This document shows positions 32,205 to 42,558 of a stretch of DNA of 64,000 nucleotides, piece by piece. The notes beneath the pieces were generated by a model, which saw only the letters and a program-made list of their open reading frames with translations, was not told the origin of the DNA and did not search any database. Source of the stretch: Pseudomonadota bacterium. GTDB lineage: Bacteria > Pseudomonadota > Gammaproteobacteria > Pseudomonadales > Cellvibrionaceae. The stretch is taken from NCBI GenBank assembly GCA_040385335.1, contig JAZKHP010000021.1, positions 68,516 through 132,515 of the forward strand. The letters run 5' to 3'. Each line of letters opens with the position of its first letter. Position 1 is the stretch's first letter. The position numbers and the translations under genes were made by a program.

Positions 32205-32371
32205 GTGAGCTTAGCGATTCGCAGATTGCTCAGGTAGGTGTTACCTAATTACACTTCACTTAACTTATTTTGTGAACATCTCCGCCAGTCTCTATAAGAT
32301 ATAGTTATTATGCATCCTGATTTTGTCTGGTTACTTGCAATAAATAAAATGTTTTATATGCATTAATAATT

Positions 32372-33106
32372 TTATATCTCAAACGAAAAACCACTTTCAC
32401 TTAATTTTTTGTAAATCTCCGGATCAAAGTGATAGAGGTTTGCAGCGCGGTGCGGTACGCCTTGTTGTTTTTCATCGCAAGATGTTAATAAATTCATTTT
32501 CATTATTTTGCGACGAAAGTTGGGCTTGTCTAGCTTTGTATTAAGAATTGCTTCGTAAAGCGCTTGTAGTTGTAATAGGGTAAATTTCTCTGGTAGTAAA
32601 TTAAACCCTATAGGTTGATGCCGGATCTGATGACGCAAAAACTTAAGCCCGTAGGCAATAATGTCAGCGTGATCGTACACCAGGGCAGGTAATTCGTTAG
32701 CGTTAAACCAGCTTACATCGGCAGCAGTTTGGCCGGCGACTAACAAGTAGTTTTCAGCACTGACTAACGCATAATAGGCAACAGTCACAACCCGATCGTT
32801 GGGAAATCGATTTACTCGCCCAAACGTTTTAAGTTGCTCGAGATAGAGTTGCTTAACACCTGTTAAATCTTCTAGCAGGCGATAAGCTGCATCACGCAAA
32901 TTTTCATCGTAACGAATCCACCCGCCGGGTAATGCCCATTTTCCTTCGTGCATTGGATCGGTTTGGCGGACAAGTAAAATCTTCAATTGGTTTTGATCAA
33001 GACCAAAGATCAGGTTGTCGATAGATAGCGCTTTTATTAAATCTTGTGATAAGTCGAGACGTTTTTCTTGAAGGTAAGTCGTTGGGATGTTGGTGGACAC
33101 AATCAA
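32372..33106 (-). CDS. NrtR-family regulator (Nudix domain plus winged HTH), probably controlling xylose genes
   Basis: 'WALPGGWIRYDENLRDAAYRLLEDLTG' (Nudix box lacking the usual REE), 'EKFTLLQLQALYE', 'LDKPNFRRKI', 'HRAANLYHF'. Divergent from xylB. Confidence 0.88.
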   Translation of the reverse strand: MIVSTNIPTTYLQEKRLDLSQDLIKALSIDNLIFGLDQNQLKILLVRQTDPMHEGKWALPGGWIRYDENLRDAAYRLLEDLTGVKQLYLEQLKTFGRVNRFPNDRVVTVAYYALVSAENYLLVAGQTAADVSWFNANELPALVYDHADIIAYGLKFLRHQIRHQPIGFNLLPEKFTLLQLQALYEAILNTKLDKPNFRRKIMKMNLLTSCDEKQQGVPHRAANLYHFDPEIYKKLSESGFSFEI

Positions 33107-33240
33107 AATCCTGAGTTGTTTTAAAAAGGTGCGCCATTGTCTGGAGTTGAATAAAAAGTGAAGCTGTGAAATTAGCGCCCCATCATTTTACGTGCTAGAT
33201 GTTTTGACAACTTGGCCTATAGTGAATAGCAGACTTTGCA

Positions 33241-33316
33241 TTGTAGCGCTGACCTCTAGGTGTCTACAATGATCGCTTTACTTTCTAAATAATAATGTTA
33301 ATGTTAACGTTAACTT
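33241..33316. promoter_or_regulatory. Candidate operators in the regulator-xylB divergent region
   Basis: TTGTAGCGCTGACC (33241-33254) and the perfect palindrome GTTAACGTTAAC (33303-33314). TTAATGTTAAC occurs at 33298 and again upstream of xylA at 35175. Confidence 0.45.
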
Positions 33317-33585
33317 TTCAGAAAGGCAACACCATATCTACTAAATCCGGCTTGTTTTTAAAAAACCGCGATGTAAATCTAATTTGAGCTTTTTGTAGCG
33401 AGGCGATTGGAGGCATTGTTAAATAAGGATTTCAAGATAATGTGAAGAAACGGCAGTAAATTTACATTGCCTTTACAAGAAAGCGTCTTGTAGTCAAGTG
33501 GACAATAAGATATGATGATAATTCCAGATAATTTTTTTCTGCGTGTTAGTTGATTTTTGATCGCAATAAACAGTTGAGGCTTGTT

Positions 33586-35082
33586 ATGTTATTTTTGGGT
33601 ATAGATGTTGGCAGTTCGTCCGTCAAACTCACGGTGCTTGATGGTGATTCAGGTAAATGTCTGGCTGCTATTTCCTATCCAGAAACTGAGCTGGCTATTG
33701 AAAGTCCATTAGCCGGTTTTGCAGAGCAAGATCCTGAGGTATGGTGGGATTGCATTAAACAGGGTGCTGCCAAGTTATTTTCGTCTGGCAAGTTTGATTC
33801 CAAGCGTATTGAAGCTATCGGCATTTCTTATCAAATGCATGGTTTGGTATTAGTAGATGATGCCCAGCAAGTGCTGCGACCCGCTATTATTTGGTGTGAT
33901 AGTAGAGCGGTGTCGTTAGGAGATGCTGCTTTAACTGAATTAGGGCACGAATATTGTTTCAAGCATTTATTAAACTCGCCAGGCAATTTTACTGCTGCTA
34001 AATTGCGCTGGGTGCAAAAAAATCAACCAGAGATTTTTAGTCGTATTCACAAAATGATGTTGCCTGGCGACTATATTGCGATGAAATTAAGCGGCGAAAT
34101 TACAACTACCGCTGCAGGTTTATCCGAGGGTATTTTGTGGGATTTTAAAGAGCAACACGTTGCTACCAGGCTTTTGGATCATTGGGAAATTGATTCTTCG
34201 CTAATACCTAGGATCGTTCCTGGTTTTGGTGTGCAAGGTAGTGTGAGCCAAAAAGTTGCGGCTGAGTTAGGTTTGCGTGCAGGAGTAAAGATTTGTTACC
34301 GTGCTGGTGATCAACCTAATAACGCATTTAGTTTAAATGTATTGTCCCCCGGAGAAGTTGCAGCTACAGCGGGCACTTCAGGGGTTATTTACGGTGTAAC
34401 AGATAAGCCAGCCGCTGATGTGGATTCTCGTGTAAATACATTTTTACATGTTACCAGTACACCTGAAAAAAATCGTAACGGTGTGCTCCTTTGTGTTAAT
34501 GGTTGTGGGCGCCTGTATTCCTGGTTGCGCCAAACATTGAGCGCAACAGGCGCAACACCGACTTATCCCTTATTAAATAGTTTTGCAGAAAATATTCCGA
34601 TCGGTAGCGAAGGTTTAATATTTCATCCTTTTGGCAATGGTACTGAGCGAATTTTTAAAAATAAAAATCTTGGTGCAGGGTTGCGCAATCTGGATTTTAA
34701 TCGACACAACCTTGGTCATATAGTACGGTCAGCGCAGGAAGGTATTGTGTTTTCGCTCAACCAGGGTTTCGATGTTTTGAAGTCGATGGGGGGGAGTTGT
34801 GATGTTGTGCGTGCAGGTAAAAGTAATATGTTTTTAAGTGATGTATTTACTCAAGCTTTTGCAAATACTACGCAAGCGGTTGTTGAATTATTTGCAACTG
34901 ATGGTGCCGAAGGTGCTGCGCGAGGGGCGGCCTTGGGATACGGCTTTTATACATCACCCGCCGAGGCATTTGCTGGCTTGACGCGTTTAGGTGTGGTTGA
35001 GCCGCGGCAAGAATTATATGCGCAATATGCCGATGCCTATCAAGCATGGGTAGCGCTATTGCCAACTGAGCTCGATATCTAG
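33586..35082 (+). CDS. xylB: Xylulokinase (FGGY family)
   Basis: 'LGIDVGSSSVK', 'AEQDPEVWW', 'SYQMHGLV', 'IIWCDSRA', 'AGTSGV'; directly upstream of xylose isomerase. Confidence 0.88.
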   Translation: MLFLGIDVGSSSVKLTVLDGDSGKCLAAISYPETELAIESPLAGFAEQDPEVWWDCIKQGAAKLFSSGKFDSKRIEAIGISYQMHGLVLVDDAQQVLRPAIIWCDSRAVSLGDAALTELGHEYCFKHLLNSPGNFTAAKLRWVQKNQPEIFSRIHKMMLPGDYIAMKLSGEITTTAAGLSEGILWDFKEQHVATRLLDHWEIDSSLIPRIVPGFGVQGSVSQKVAAELGLRAGVKICYRAGDQPNNAFSLNVLSPGEVAATAGTSGVIYGVTDKPAADVDSRVNTFLHVTSTPEKNRNGVLLCVNGCGRLYSWLRQTLSATGATPTYPLLNSFAENIPIGSEGLIFHPFGNGTERIFKNKNLGAGLRNLDFNRHNLGHIVRSAQEGIVFSLNQGFDVLKSMGGSCDVVRAGKSNMFLSDVFTQAFANTTQAVVELFATDGAEGAARGAALGYGFYTSPAEAFAGLTRLGVVEPRQELYAQYADAYQAWVALLPTELDI

Positions 35083-35203
35083 CATAGAAAAAATGAATCT
35101 AATAAAAATAAGTAACTGAAGAAGGCCTGAAAATTGGATTTTATTCGACGCTAAAAGCGCCGCAATATTTAAAATTAATGTTAACAATTACGAGGTAAGT
35201 AAT

Positions 35204-36535
35204 ATGAGTATCCTACTTGGCAACAAAGAATATTTCCCGGGCATTAAAAAAATTGCCTTTGAAGGCGCGGATTCAGATAATCCCTTAGCCTTTAAATATT
35301 ATGACGAAAACCGCGTGGTAGCGGGCAAGTCGATGAAAGAGCATTTCAAGTTTGCAGTGTGTTATTGGCATAGCTTTTGTGGCGCGGGGCATGATCCGTT
35401 TGGACCTGGTACTAAAGTTTTCCCTTGGTCGGCCACAACCGATGTTGATAAGCGCGCGCGTGAAAAGATGGATGCAGCATTTGAATTTATTACAAAAGTC
35501 GGTGCCCCCTATTATTGCTTTCACGATATAGATTTGGTTGATGAAGGCGGTAGTCGTGCAGAAACTAAAAAGCGCTTACAGACAATTGTTGAATATGCTA
35601 AAGAAAAACAACAGGCATCCGGTGTGAAGTTACTCTGGGGCACAGCGAATCTTTTTTCTAACCCGCGTTATATGAATGGCGCTTCTACTAATCCAGATTT
35701 CTCTGTAGTGGCATATGCTGGTGCGCAATTGAAAGATGCGTTAGACGCAACTATCGCATTGGATGGTGAAAACTATGTGTTCTGGGGCGGTCGTGAAGGT
35801 TACATGAGTTTGTTAAACACTGATATGAAGCGTGAGCAAGAAAATATGGCGCGCTTTTTGACGATGGCGCGGGACTATGCGCGCGGCCAAGGTTTCAAAG
35901 GTACATTTTTCATCGAGCCGAAACCAATGGAGCCGTCTAAACATCAATACGATTTTGATGCGGCAACCGTTATTGGTTTCTTAAGAGCACATGGTTTAGA
36001 AAAAGATTTTAAACTAAATCTTGAAACAAATCATGCAACACTTGCCGGGCACACTATGTGTCACGATATGCAGGTTGCCGCCAACGCTGGCATGCTGGGC
36101 AGTTTGGATGCAAACCGCGGCGATTACCAAAATGCATGGGATACCGACCAATTCCCTTACAACATTAACGAAACCGTTGAAATGATGTTGGTGTTGTTGC
36201 GCAGCGGTGGGTTGCAAGGCGGCGGTGTAAATTTTGATGCTAAAGCGCGCCGTAACTCACCTGATTTTGTTGACTTATTTTATGGTCACATTGGCGGTAT
36301 GGATGTGTTTGCAAGAGCCTTATTGATTGCCGATGATTTAATTAGAAAATCACCCTTGGAGTCTATGCGTAGTGATCGTTATGCTTCATTCAATGCTGGC
36401 AATGGAGCGCTTTATGAGCAGGGTAAGTTAACCCTCGAGCAATTAGCTGCGTTGGGCAATGTGAATGGTGAAGTTCAGTTAAATAGTGGCCGACAAGAAT
36501 TGTACGAAAATATCATCAATCGCTACATTCGCTAG
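35204..36535 (+). CDS. xylA: Xylose isomerase (class II)
   Basis: '[21 protein letters not shown]', 'YWHSF', 'CFHDIDL', 'LWGTANLF', 'VFWGGREGY', '[14 protein letters not shown]', 'NLETNHA', 'WDTDQF'. Confidence 0.97.
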   Translation: MSILLGNKEYFPGIKKIAFEGADSDNPLAFKYYDENRVVAGKSMKEHFKFAVCYWHSFCGAGHDPFGPGTKVFPWSATTDVDKRAREKMDAAFEFITKVGAPYYCFHDIDLVDEGGSRAETKKRLQTIVEYAKEKQQASGVKLLWGTANLFSNPRYMNGASTNPDFSVVAYAGAQLKDALDATIALDGENYVFWGGREGYMSLLNTDMKREQENMARFLTMARDYARGQGFKGTFFIEPKPMEPSKHQYDFDAATVIGFLRAHGLEKDFKLNLETNHATLAGHTMCHDMQVAANAGMLGSLDANRGDYQNAWDTDQFPYNINETVEMMLVLLRSGGLQGGGVNFDAKARRNSPDFVDLFYGHIGGMDVFARALLIADDLIRKSPLESMRSDRYASFNAGNGALYEQGKLTLEQLAALGNVNGEVQLNSGRQELYENIINRYIR

Positions 36536-36546
36536 TTGCTACAATA

Positions 36547-36590
36547 TTTAACTATCCCAACCTCACATTTGCGAGGTTGGGATAGTTAAA
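36547..36590. terminator. Long hairpin after xylA (terminator or mRNA-stabilising stem)
   Basis: Perfect 18-bp inverted repeat TTTAACTATCCCAACCTC / GAGGTTGGGATAGTTAAA. Confidence 0.7.
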
Positions 36591-36756
36591 CTAAGCTAAA
36601 TGGAGTTGCTGCAGGCAAGTAATAGAAAAAATTATACCTCGATACACCCTCCAGTCTATAAGCATGTAACTATTTTATCCCTTGCATTTGCACAGATCAA
36701 AGTACAGAAATTGTATTGAATAAATTTAATAATTTTTATTCTTCAAGGCGCAATTT

Positions 36757-39213
36757 ATGAATAATGGAAAAATAATAAAATTAGCGAAATTTCTATTTGG
36801 ATTAGCCACAGCAAGTTTAACTGCATCAGTAAATGCCGAAACAATTGTTTATAAAGATGTCAAGCAGCCTCTTGATGTGCGCGTCAATGATTTGCTTGCA
36901 CGCATGACGCTTGAAGAAAAAGTTATGCAATTGCAAAGCATTTGGGAAAAGCGCCAACTTCTTGAAACTGATACTGCAGCATTTACTAGCGTGCATGCCC
37001 AAGAAATTTTGGGCGGAGGTGTTGGTCAGATAGCGCGACCATCAGAAAATAAATTACCAATAACTCCTAATAAAACACCTTTGCAAACTGCAAAATTTAC
37101 CAATGCAATTCAAAAATGGGTGCTGGAAAATACGCGCTTGGGTATCCCCGTATTATTTCACGAAGAAGCATTACATGGTCATGCCGGACGCTACGCCACT
37201 AGCTTTCCTCAGGCCATTGGCTTGGCTAGCACATGGGACCCGGAGTTATTAACAGAAATTTATTCTACAGTAGCAAAGGAAGTTCGTGTGCGCGGTGCAC
37301 ATCAAGTCTTGGCCCCCATTCTTGATGTCGCACGAGACCCGCGCTGGGGTCGTATTGAAGAGACCATGGGTGAAGACCCCTATTTAATTGCTAGCTTGGG
37401 TATTGCTAGCGTGAAAGGTTTTCAAGGTAACAACAGCGTTACTAAAAATTATGTTATGACGACGCTAAAACATATGGCTGGACATGGCGAGCCAGTAGGC
37501 GGCTTAAATACGGCGCCTGCGCCAATTGGTGAACACACTTTGCGGGAAATATTTTTATTCCCATTTGAAGCCGTGGTAAAACTTACCCGGCCACGTAGTG
37601 TAATGGCATCTTACAATGAAATTGACGGTGTTCCATCGCACGCAAACGGCAAAATGATAAATGGAATTTTGCGTACGGAATGGGGCTTCGATGGTTTGCT
37701 GGTAAGTGACTACTATGCGATTAGCGAATTCATTGCACGTCATCATATTGCTGACAATAAAAAAGATGCTGCTTTAATTGCATTTAATGCCGGGGTGGAT
37801 CTAGAGACACCTGATGGTGACTCTTATAAAAATCTTACACAGCTAGTGAAAGACGGGGCCATTACAGTAACGCAGCTGGATGTCGCTGTCGCTCGTGTAC
37901 TGCAGGAAAAATTCAGATTGGGTTTGTTTGAAAACCCTTACGTTTCAACCGAAGGTGTTGACGCATTTGTGGGTAATGCAAAACATCGTGCACTCGCGCT
38001 GCGTGCGGCTGAAGAAGCTATAGTGTTGTTAAAAAATGAAGGAAATTTATTGCCGCTTGATGCCAAAAAAATTAAATCTATTGCGGTAATTGGTCCCCAC
38101 GTGCATGAAACATTATTGGGTGGTTATAGTGATGTGCCAAAACAAACGGTCAGTATTTTACAAGGTATTAAAGAGTATCTTGGCGCAAAAGTACAAGTGA
38201 ATTATGCACAAGGCACTTTAATAACAATTGATAATTGGGTGCCTGCGGTGGATTCAATTTCAGCTAATACGCGCTCAAAAGAACGCTGGAATACCGATAA
38301 AATTGTATTGGCAACACCGGAGGATACCAAGGGGATGATCGAAGCCGCAGTTGCTGCTGCAGAAAAAAGTGATGTGGCCTTGGTTGTTGTTGGCGATAAC
38401 GAAGCGACCTCGCGCGAAGCCTGGGCGGACGCTCATTTGGGCGATAGAACAGATTTAAATTTGCTTGGCCAGCAGCAAGAGTTGGTGGATGCTGTATTAG
38501 CAACGGGTAAGCCAACCATTGTTCTGTTAAATAATGGTCGCCCACTAGCAATTACCAAAATTGCAAAAACAGTTCCTGCGATTCTGGAAGCTTGGTATTT
38601 GGGGCAAGAAACCGGTAGCGCAGTGGCGCGGGTAATTTTTGGTGATGTAAACCCTGGCGGAAAATTGCCGGTCAGCATCGCTCGTTCTGTCGGTCAACTG
38701 CCCGTGTATTACAACCATAAGCCTTCGGCAAAGCGCGGTTATGCATTTGCAGAAACCAGCGCGCTTTATCCATTTGGTTTCGGTTTAAGTTATACGCAAT
38801 TTGCTTACTCAGATTTTAGCATCGATAAAGTGTCGGCGCAGGCAGGGGATGTGATTGATGTAAGCATAAAAATCACTAATACCGGTGATCGTGCCGGTGA
38901 TGAGATTGTGCAGCTATACACCCACGATCTTGTTGCCAGTATGACGCGCCCTGTAAAAGAGTTGAAAGGATTTAAACGTTTACATTTGCAAGCCAAAGAA
39001 TCCCGTGTAATTACTTTTAGCTTGTCCATTAATCAATTAGGCTTCTATAGCAGTGATTTAAAGTATGTGGTGGAGCCTGGTGTAATTGATGTAATGATTG
39101 GCAGCTCTTCTGCAGATATTCACGCTCAGGGTAGTTTTTCTATTGCAGGCGCAATCGCCGATGTAGGCCAACAAAAAGTGTTTTTGAGTAAGGTGAAGCT
39201 TGGGCAAAAATAA
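36757..39213 (+). CDS. GH3 beta-xylosidase/beta-glucosidase, secreted
   Basis: Signal peptide; 'RLGIPVLFHEEALHG', 'DPRWGRIEETMGEDP', 'LKHMAGH', nucleophile 'VSDY'; C-terminal Fn3-like 'GDEIVQLY...RPVKELKGF'. Confidence 0.93.
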   Translation: MNNGKIIKLAKFLFGLATASLTASVNAETIVYKDVKQPLDVRVNDLLARMTLEEKVMQLQSIWEKRQLLETDTAAFTSVHAQEILGGGVGQIARPSENKLPITPNKTPLQTAKFTNAIQKWVLENTRLGIPVLFHEEALHGHAGRYATSFPQAIGLASTWDPELLTEIYSTVAKEVRVRGAHQVLAPILDVARDPRWGRIEETMGEDPYLIASLGIASVKGFQGNNSVTKNYVMTTLKHMAGHGEPVGGLNTAPAPIGEHTLREIFLFPFEAVVKLTRPRSVMASYNEIDGVPSHANGKMINGILRTEWGFDGLLVSDYYAISEFIARHHIADNKKDAALIAFNAGVDLETPDGDSYKNLTQLVKDGAITVTQLDVAVARVLQEKFRLGLFENPYVSTEGVDAFVGNAKHRALALRAAEEAIVLLKNEGNLLPLDAKKIKSIAVIGPHVHETLLGGYSDVPKQTVSILQGIKEYLGAKVQVNYAQGTLITIDNWVPAVDSISANTRSKERWNTDKIVLATPEDTKGMIEAAVAAAEKSDVALVVVGDNEATSREAWADAHLGDRTDLNLLGQQQELVDAVLATGKPTIVLLNNGRPLAITKIAKTVPAILEAWYLGQETGSAVARVIFGDVNPGGKLPVSIARSVGQLPVYYNHKPSAKRGYAFAETSALYPFGFGLSYTQFAYSDFSIDKVSAQAGDVIDVSIKITNTGDRAGDEIVQLYTHDLVASMTRPVKELKGFKRLHLQAKESRVITFSLSINQLGFYSSDLKYVVEPGVIDVMIGSSSADIHAQGSFSIAGAIADVGQQKVFLSKVKLGQK

Positions 39214-39408
39214 ATACCGGGGGCATTATTCAGATTATCCATTAATGATAATAGCCTTAAACCTTAAGGTGATCCGCGGCGTTTAAGGTGTTAACTTTGG
39301 GTTGCAAGCCTCATTAATGGTGTTTGCTAAAGGATTGTGATAGTTTTAGTTGCGCTATTCAATCGCGCATTTGTGTCATACACCTCTTCAGAACCTAGGG
39401 ATCATATT

Positions 39409-40995
39409 GTGAAATTATTTCTTATACGCGCCGCGCTGCTATTTTCTCAACCACGCAATTTGCTTTCGGCCTATCGGTCGTTCCTACTATTTTTAATTGC
39501 TATAGCGGTGAGTGGTTGCGGTGGGGGTGGAGGGGGTTCGTCTGACATAGGACCAGCACGGATCACGAATACATCTTGGCAAGCCGGTGTTTTTAAAGAC
39601 TCTAACAACTTCGACAATAAATGCGCCGTACCGCGAACCGGCATAGATAAAAGAACCAATGCCGCTTTTCCAGATGTTAAAGGTACTGTATTGGATGAAA
39701 ATAATTTTTTGCGTTCCTGGAGTAATGAGACTTACCTCTGGTATAACGAAATTGTAGATGTGAATCCTGCTAGTGATTCGGTGCCTACTGTTTACTTTCA
39801 AAAATTAAAAACAAATGCCAAAACTGCATCAGGAAAATATAAAGATAATTTTCATTTTGATTATCCAACAGAGGTTTGGGATGGTTTAATAAATGAAGGT
39901 ATCGATACCGGGTATGGCGTTGAGTGGGCCTGGATACAAGATTCACCTCCGCGCAATGTAATAGTTGCTTACACCGAGGGCGGCTCTCCTGCTGCAAATG
40001 GAAACTTATTGCGTGGTGCAAAAATAATATCAATTGATGGTGTTGATTTTATCTATGGTAATGCTGACCCATTGAACGCAGGCTTATTTCCAAGTAAAAA
40101 TGGTGAAACACATATATTTGAAATGCAAGATTATGGCTCAAATACCACACACTTCGTAACACTGGTTTCTGCTGAGGTTACTAAGACGCCAGTACAAAAC
40201 GTAAAAATAATTGATACACCCATCGGTAAGGTAGGTTATTTTCTATTTAACGACCATCTTAGGACTGCTGAACAAGGCTTAGTGAATGCCGTCACGCAAC
40301 TGCAAGGTGTAGATGATTTAGTGCTGGATGTTCGTTATAACGGCGGCGGCTATTTATTCATCGCCAGTCAGCTTGCTTATATGATTGCCGGCGATAGCGC
40401 CACCGCAAACAAAACTTTTGAAAAAACCCTATATAACGATAAAACTCCACCTGGGGATCCTTGGGGCTTTTTAAATACTACATTGGAAAATATTAAGCTG
40501 CCTGCATTAAATTTAGGGCGAGTATTCGTTATTACCTCTGCCGATACTTGCTCTGCTAGTGAAGCGGTTATAAATGGTTTGCGCGGCATCGATGTCGAGG
40601 TTATCCAAATTGGTGGTAAAACCTGCGGTAAACCTTACGGCTTTAATGCTCGTGATAATTGCAGCACTACCTACTTTACTATTCAATTTAAAGGTGTGAA
40701 TAATAAAAGTTTTGGCGAGTATCCTGATGGCTTTATGCCAGGTGCTGTTGACAACGGTCTGGATGTTGTAAAAGGGTGTATGCGTGGCGATGACTACACG
40801 CACTCGTTAGGTGATGCGGCGGAATTAAATTTAGCGACAGCGTTAAATTATCGTGAAACGGGATCTTGTAACTTGCCGGCGTCTAGTGTCGCTGAAGAAA
40901 GTTTTAAAAGGCAAAAACTTTCTGCTGAAGATTACTCTGATGTTAATGCAACTATTAACAAAGCTCCCGGACTTACCAACCGGATTATTAAGTAG
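39409..40995 (+). CDS. S41-family peptidase with PDZ domain, probable lipoprotein
   Basis: Lipobox 'AVSGC' plus Gly linker; 'LVLDVRYNGGG', catalytic 'TCSASE', 'KTCGKPYG'. GTG at 39409 has an AGGGA RBS. Confidence 0.85.
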   Translation: MKLFLIRAALLFSQPRNLLSAYRSFLLFLIAIAVSGCGGGGGGSSDIGPARITNTSWQAGVFKDSNNFDNKCAVPRTGIDKRTNAAFPDVKGTVLDENNFLRSWSNETYLWYNEIVDVNPASDSVPTVYFQKLKTNAKTASGKYKDNFHFDYPTEVWDGLINEGIDTGYGVEWAWIQDSPPRNVIVAYTEGGSPAANGNLLRGAKIISIDGVDFIYGNADPLNAGLFPSKNGETHIFEMQDYGSNTTHFVTLVSAEVTKTPVQNVKIIDTPIGKVGYFLFNDHLRTAEQGLVNAVTQLQGVDDLVLDVRYNGGGYLFIASQLAYMIAGDSATANKTFEKTLYNDKTPPGDPWGFLNTTLENIKLPALNLGRVFVITSADTCSASEAVINGLRGIDVEVIQIGGKTCGKPYGFNARDNCSTTYFTIQFKGVNNKSFGEYPDGFMPGAVDNGLDVVKGCMRGDDYTHSLGDAAELNLATALNYRETGSCNLPASSVAEESFKRQKLSAEDYSDVNATINKAPGLTNRIIK

Positions 40996-41031
40996 TAATC
41001 TAAAATACATTTAAACGTTATTTTTATCTGG

Positions 41032-41060
41032 AAGCCTCGCTAATGCAGTGAGGCTTTTTT
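41032..41060 (+). terminator. Intrinsic terminator after the S41 peptidase gene
   Basis: AAGCCTCGC-taatgca-GTGAGGCTT followed by a T tract. Confidence 0.7.
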
Positions 41061-41098
41061 ATTGAATTTAATAAATGCTTATGATGCGGTGAACAATA

Positions 41099-41878
41099 AT
41101 GCATGCTGAAAACTTTATACTAAGAGATTACTTCGCTCGTATTGACTATCAAGATGTGCCTTCCGTAAATATTAAAACGCTGGCAGCGTTAATGCGTTGT
41201 CAATTGTTTTCTGTTGCTTTCGAAAACCTGGATGTTCAGGCCGGTAAAATTGTTTCCATGGTTCCAGAAGACATTGTTGAAAAAATTATAACCAGAAAAC
41301 GCGGTGGCTATTGCTATGAAGTTAATGGGTTGTTTGCAATGGCTCTGGCGGCGCTCGGTTTTGAATATACTTTAATTGGTGCGCGCCCAATGTTTTATCC
41401 CGTTCGGCGCCCTAAAACTCACATGGTGCTTGTCGTAAAAGCAGAAAATCAATTGTGGTTATGTGATTTGGGTTTCGGTAGTTTTGGTATCCGGGCGCCA
41501 TTGGCATTGGAAAAGCTGAACGTGGCGATTCGGCAAGATGATGATTTTTTCAAACTAATAAAAACCGAGGCAGGTGAGTTTATCATGCAAGCTTTGGTGG
41601 ATGGCCAATGGACGAATCAATATGGTTTTGATTTGTATCCCCACGAATGGATAGATTTTTACCCTGCGAACTTTTTAAATTCAAAACATCCAGATGCCAT
41701 TTTTGTGCAGAAGCTATTAATAGTAAAGCATAACCCCAAGGGGCGAAAAATTTTATTGGGAAATCGTTTAAAGATAATGGAAAATGGTATCGTGGAATTT
41801 AAAGATTTGTCAGATGAGGAGGTCCATAAAATATTGCAGGCTGAGTTCGGGTTATGTGTCGAGCAAGTTAGCAGTTAA
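41099..41878 (+). CDS. Arylamine N-acetyltransferase family protein
   Basis: 'AFENLD', 'RKRGGYCYEVN' (Cys), 'THMVL' (His), 'LCDLGFG' (Asp). Confidence 0.9.
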   Translation: MHAENFILRDYFARIDYQDVPSVNIKTLAALMRCQLFSVAFENLDVQAGKIVSMVPEDIVEKIITRKRGGYCYEVNGLFAMALAALGFEYTLIGARPMFYPVRRPKTHMVLVVKAENQLWLCDLGFGSFGIRAPLALEKLNVAIRQDDDFFKLIKTEAGEFIMQALVDGQWTNQYGFDLYPHEWIDFYPANFLNSKHPDAIFVQKLLIVKHNPKGRKILLGNRLKIMENGIVEFKDLSDEEVHKILQAEFGLCVEQVSS

Positions 41879-41982
41879 AAATATTAGTTGTTATTTCCCC
41901 TGCTGCATTGAAATGATGATTACAAATGAAAAACTCTTTTAACGAAAGAGCTTTTCTGCGTATAAAAATATGGTGGTAAGGC

Positions 41983-42525
41983 ATGAAAAATTTTATCGAG
42001 GTGGATCCGTTCAAGTCCGAATTGGTCGCTGCACGCAAGCGTGCAAAGTTACTTTGTCAGCAACTTAATGCCCTTCGCGCCGATCAACACAAGGCGCGTA
42101 AGCCTATCTATCAAGCCCTATTTGGTAAGGTTTCGACAGCTTATATAGAACCAAATTTTTTTTGCGATTACGGCAGCAATATTTTTTTGGGCGAAGATTT
42201 TTATGCAAACCATAATTGCGTCATTTTGGATGCAGGTGAAGTGCATATTGGCGATAGGGTGCTGTTGGCCCCCAATGTGCAAATTTATGCTACAACTCAT
42301 CCTCAGGATCCGTCTGAGCGTGCTACGGGTAAAGAATTTTGTGCCCCCATTATTATTGGAAATGATTGTTGGATTGGCGGTGGTGCCATTATTTTAGCGG
42401 GCGTTGTCATTGGCAACGGCTCGATAATTGGTGCTGGCAGCGTCGTCACTAAGAATATTCCCGCAGGTGTTGTGGCTGCAGGGAATCCGTGTCGGATAAT
42501 TAAAAGTGTCAATAAAAGCAGTTAA
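41983..42525 (+). CDS. Sugar O-acetyltransferase (Maa/LacA hexapeptide-repeat family)
   Basis: 'IEPNFFCDYGSNI', 'ANHNCVILD', 'IIIGNDCWIGGGAIILAGV.IG', 'GAGSVVTKNIP...AGNPCR'. Confidence 0.92.
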   Translation: MKNFIEVDPFKSELVAARKRAKLLCQQLNALRADQHKARKPIYQALFGKVSTAYIEPNFFCDYGSNIFLGEDFYANHNCVILDAGEVHIGDRVLLAPNVQIYATTHPQDPSERATGKEFCAPIIIGNDCWIGGGAIILAGVVIGNGSIIGAGSVVTKNIPAGVVAAGNPCRIIKSVNKSS

Positions 42526-42558
42526 AATTTACTGATACTTTACGATTTTTTAACTGAA

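Noticed and set aside
32372-33106. NrtR as regulator of the NAD-like operon
   Set aside because: It is divergent from xylB about 10 kb away, and I saw no matching palindrome upstream of nadE.
32173-36565. CCCAACCTCA shared by the hairpins at about 32173 and 36556, considered as a REP family
   Set aside because: Only a 10-mer is shared; the stems and loops otherwise differ.
42009-42018. GTTCAAGTCC, identical to part of the tRNA T arm, considered as an att site
   Set aside because: Only 10 bp, inside the acetyltransferase CDS, and inverted relative to the tRNA rather than a direct repeat.
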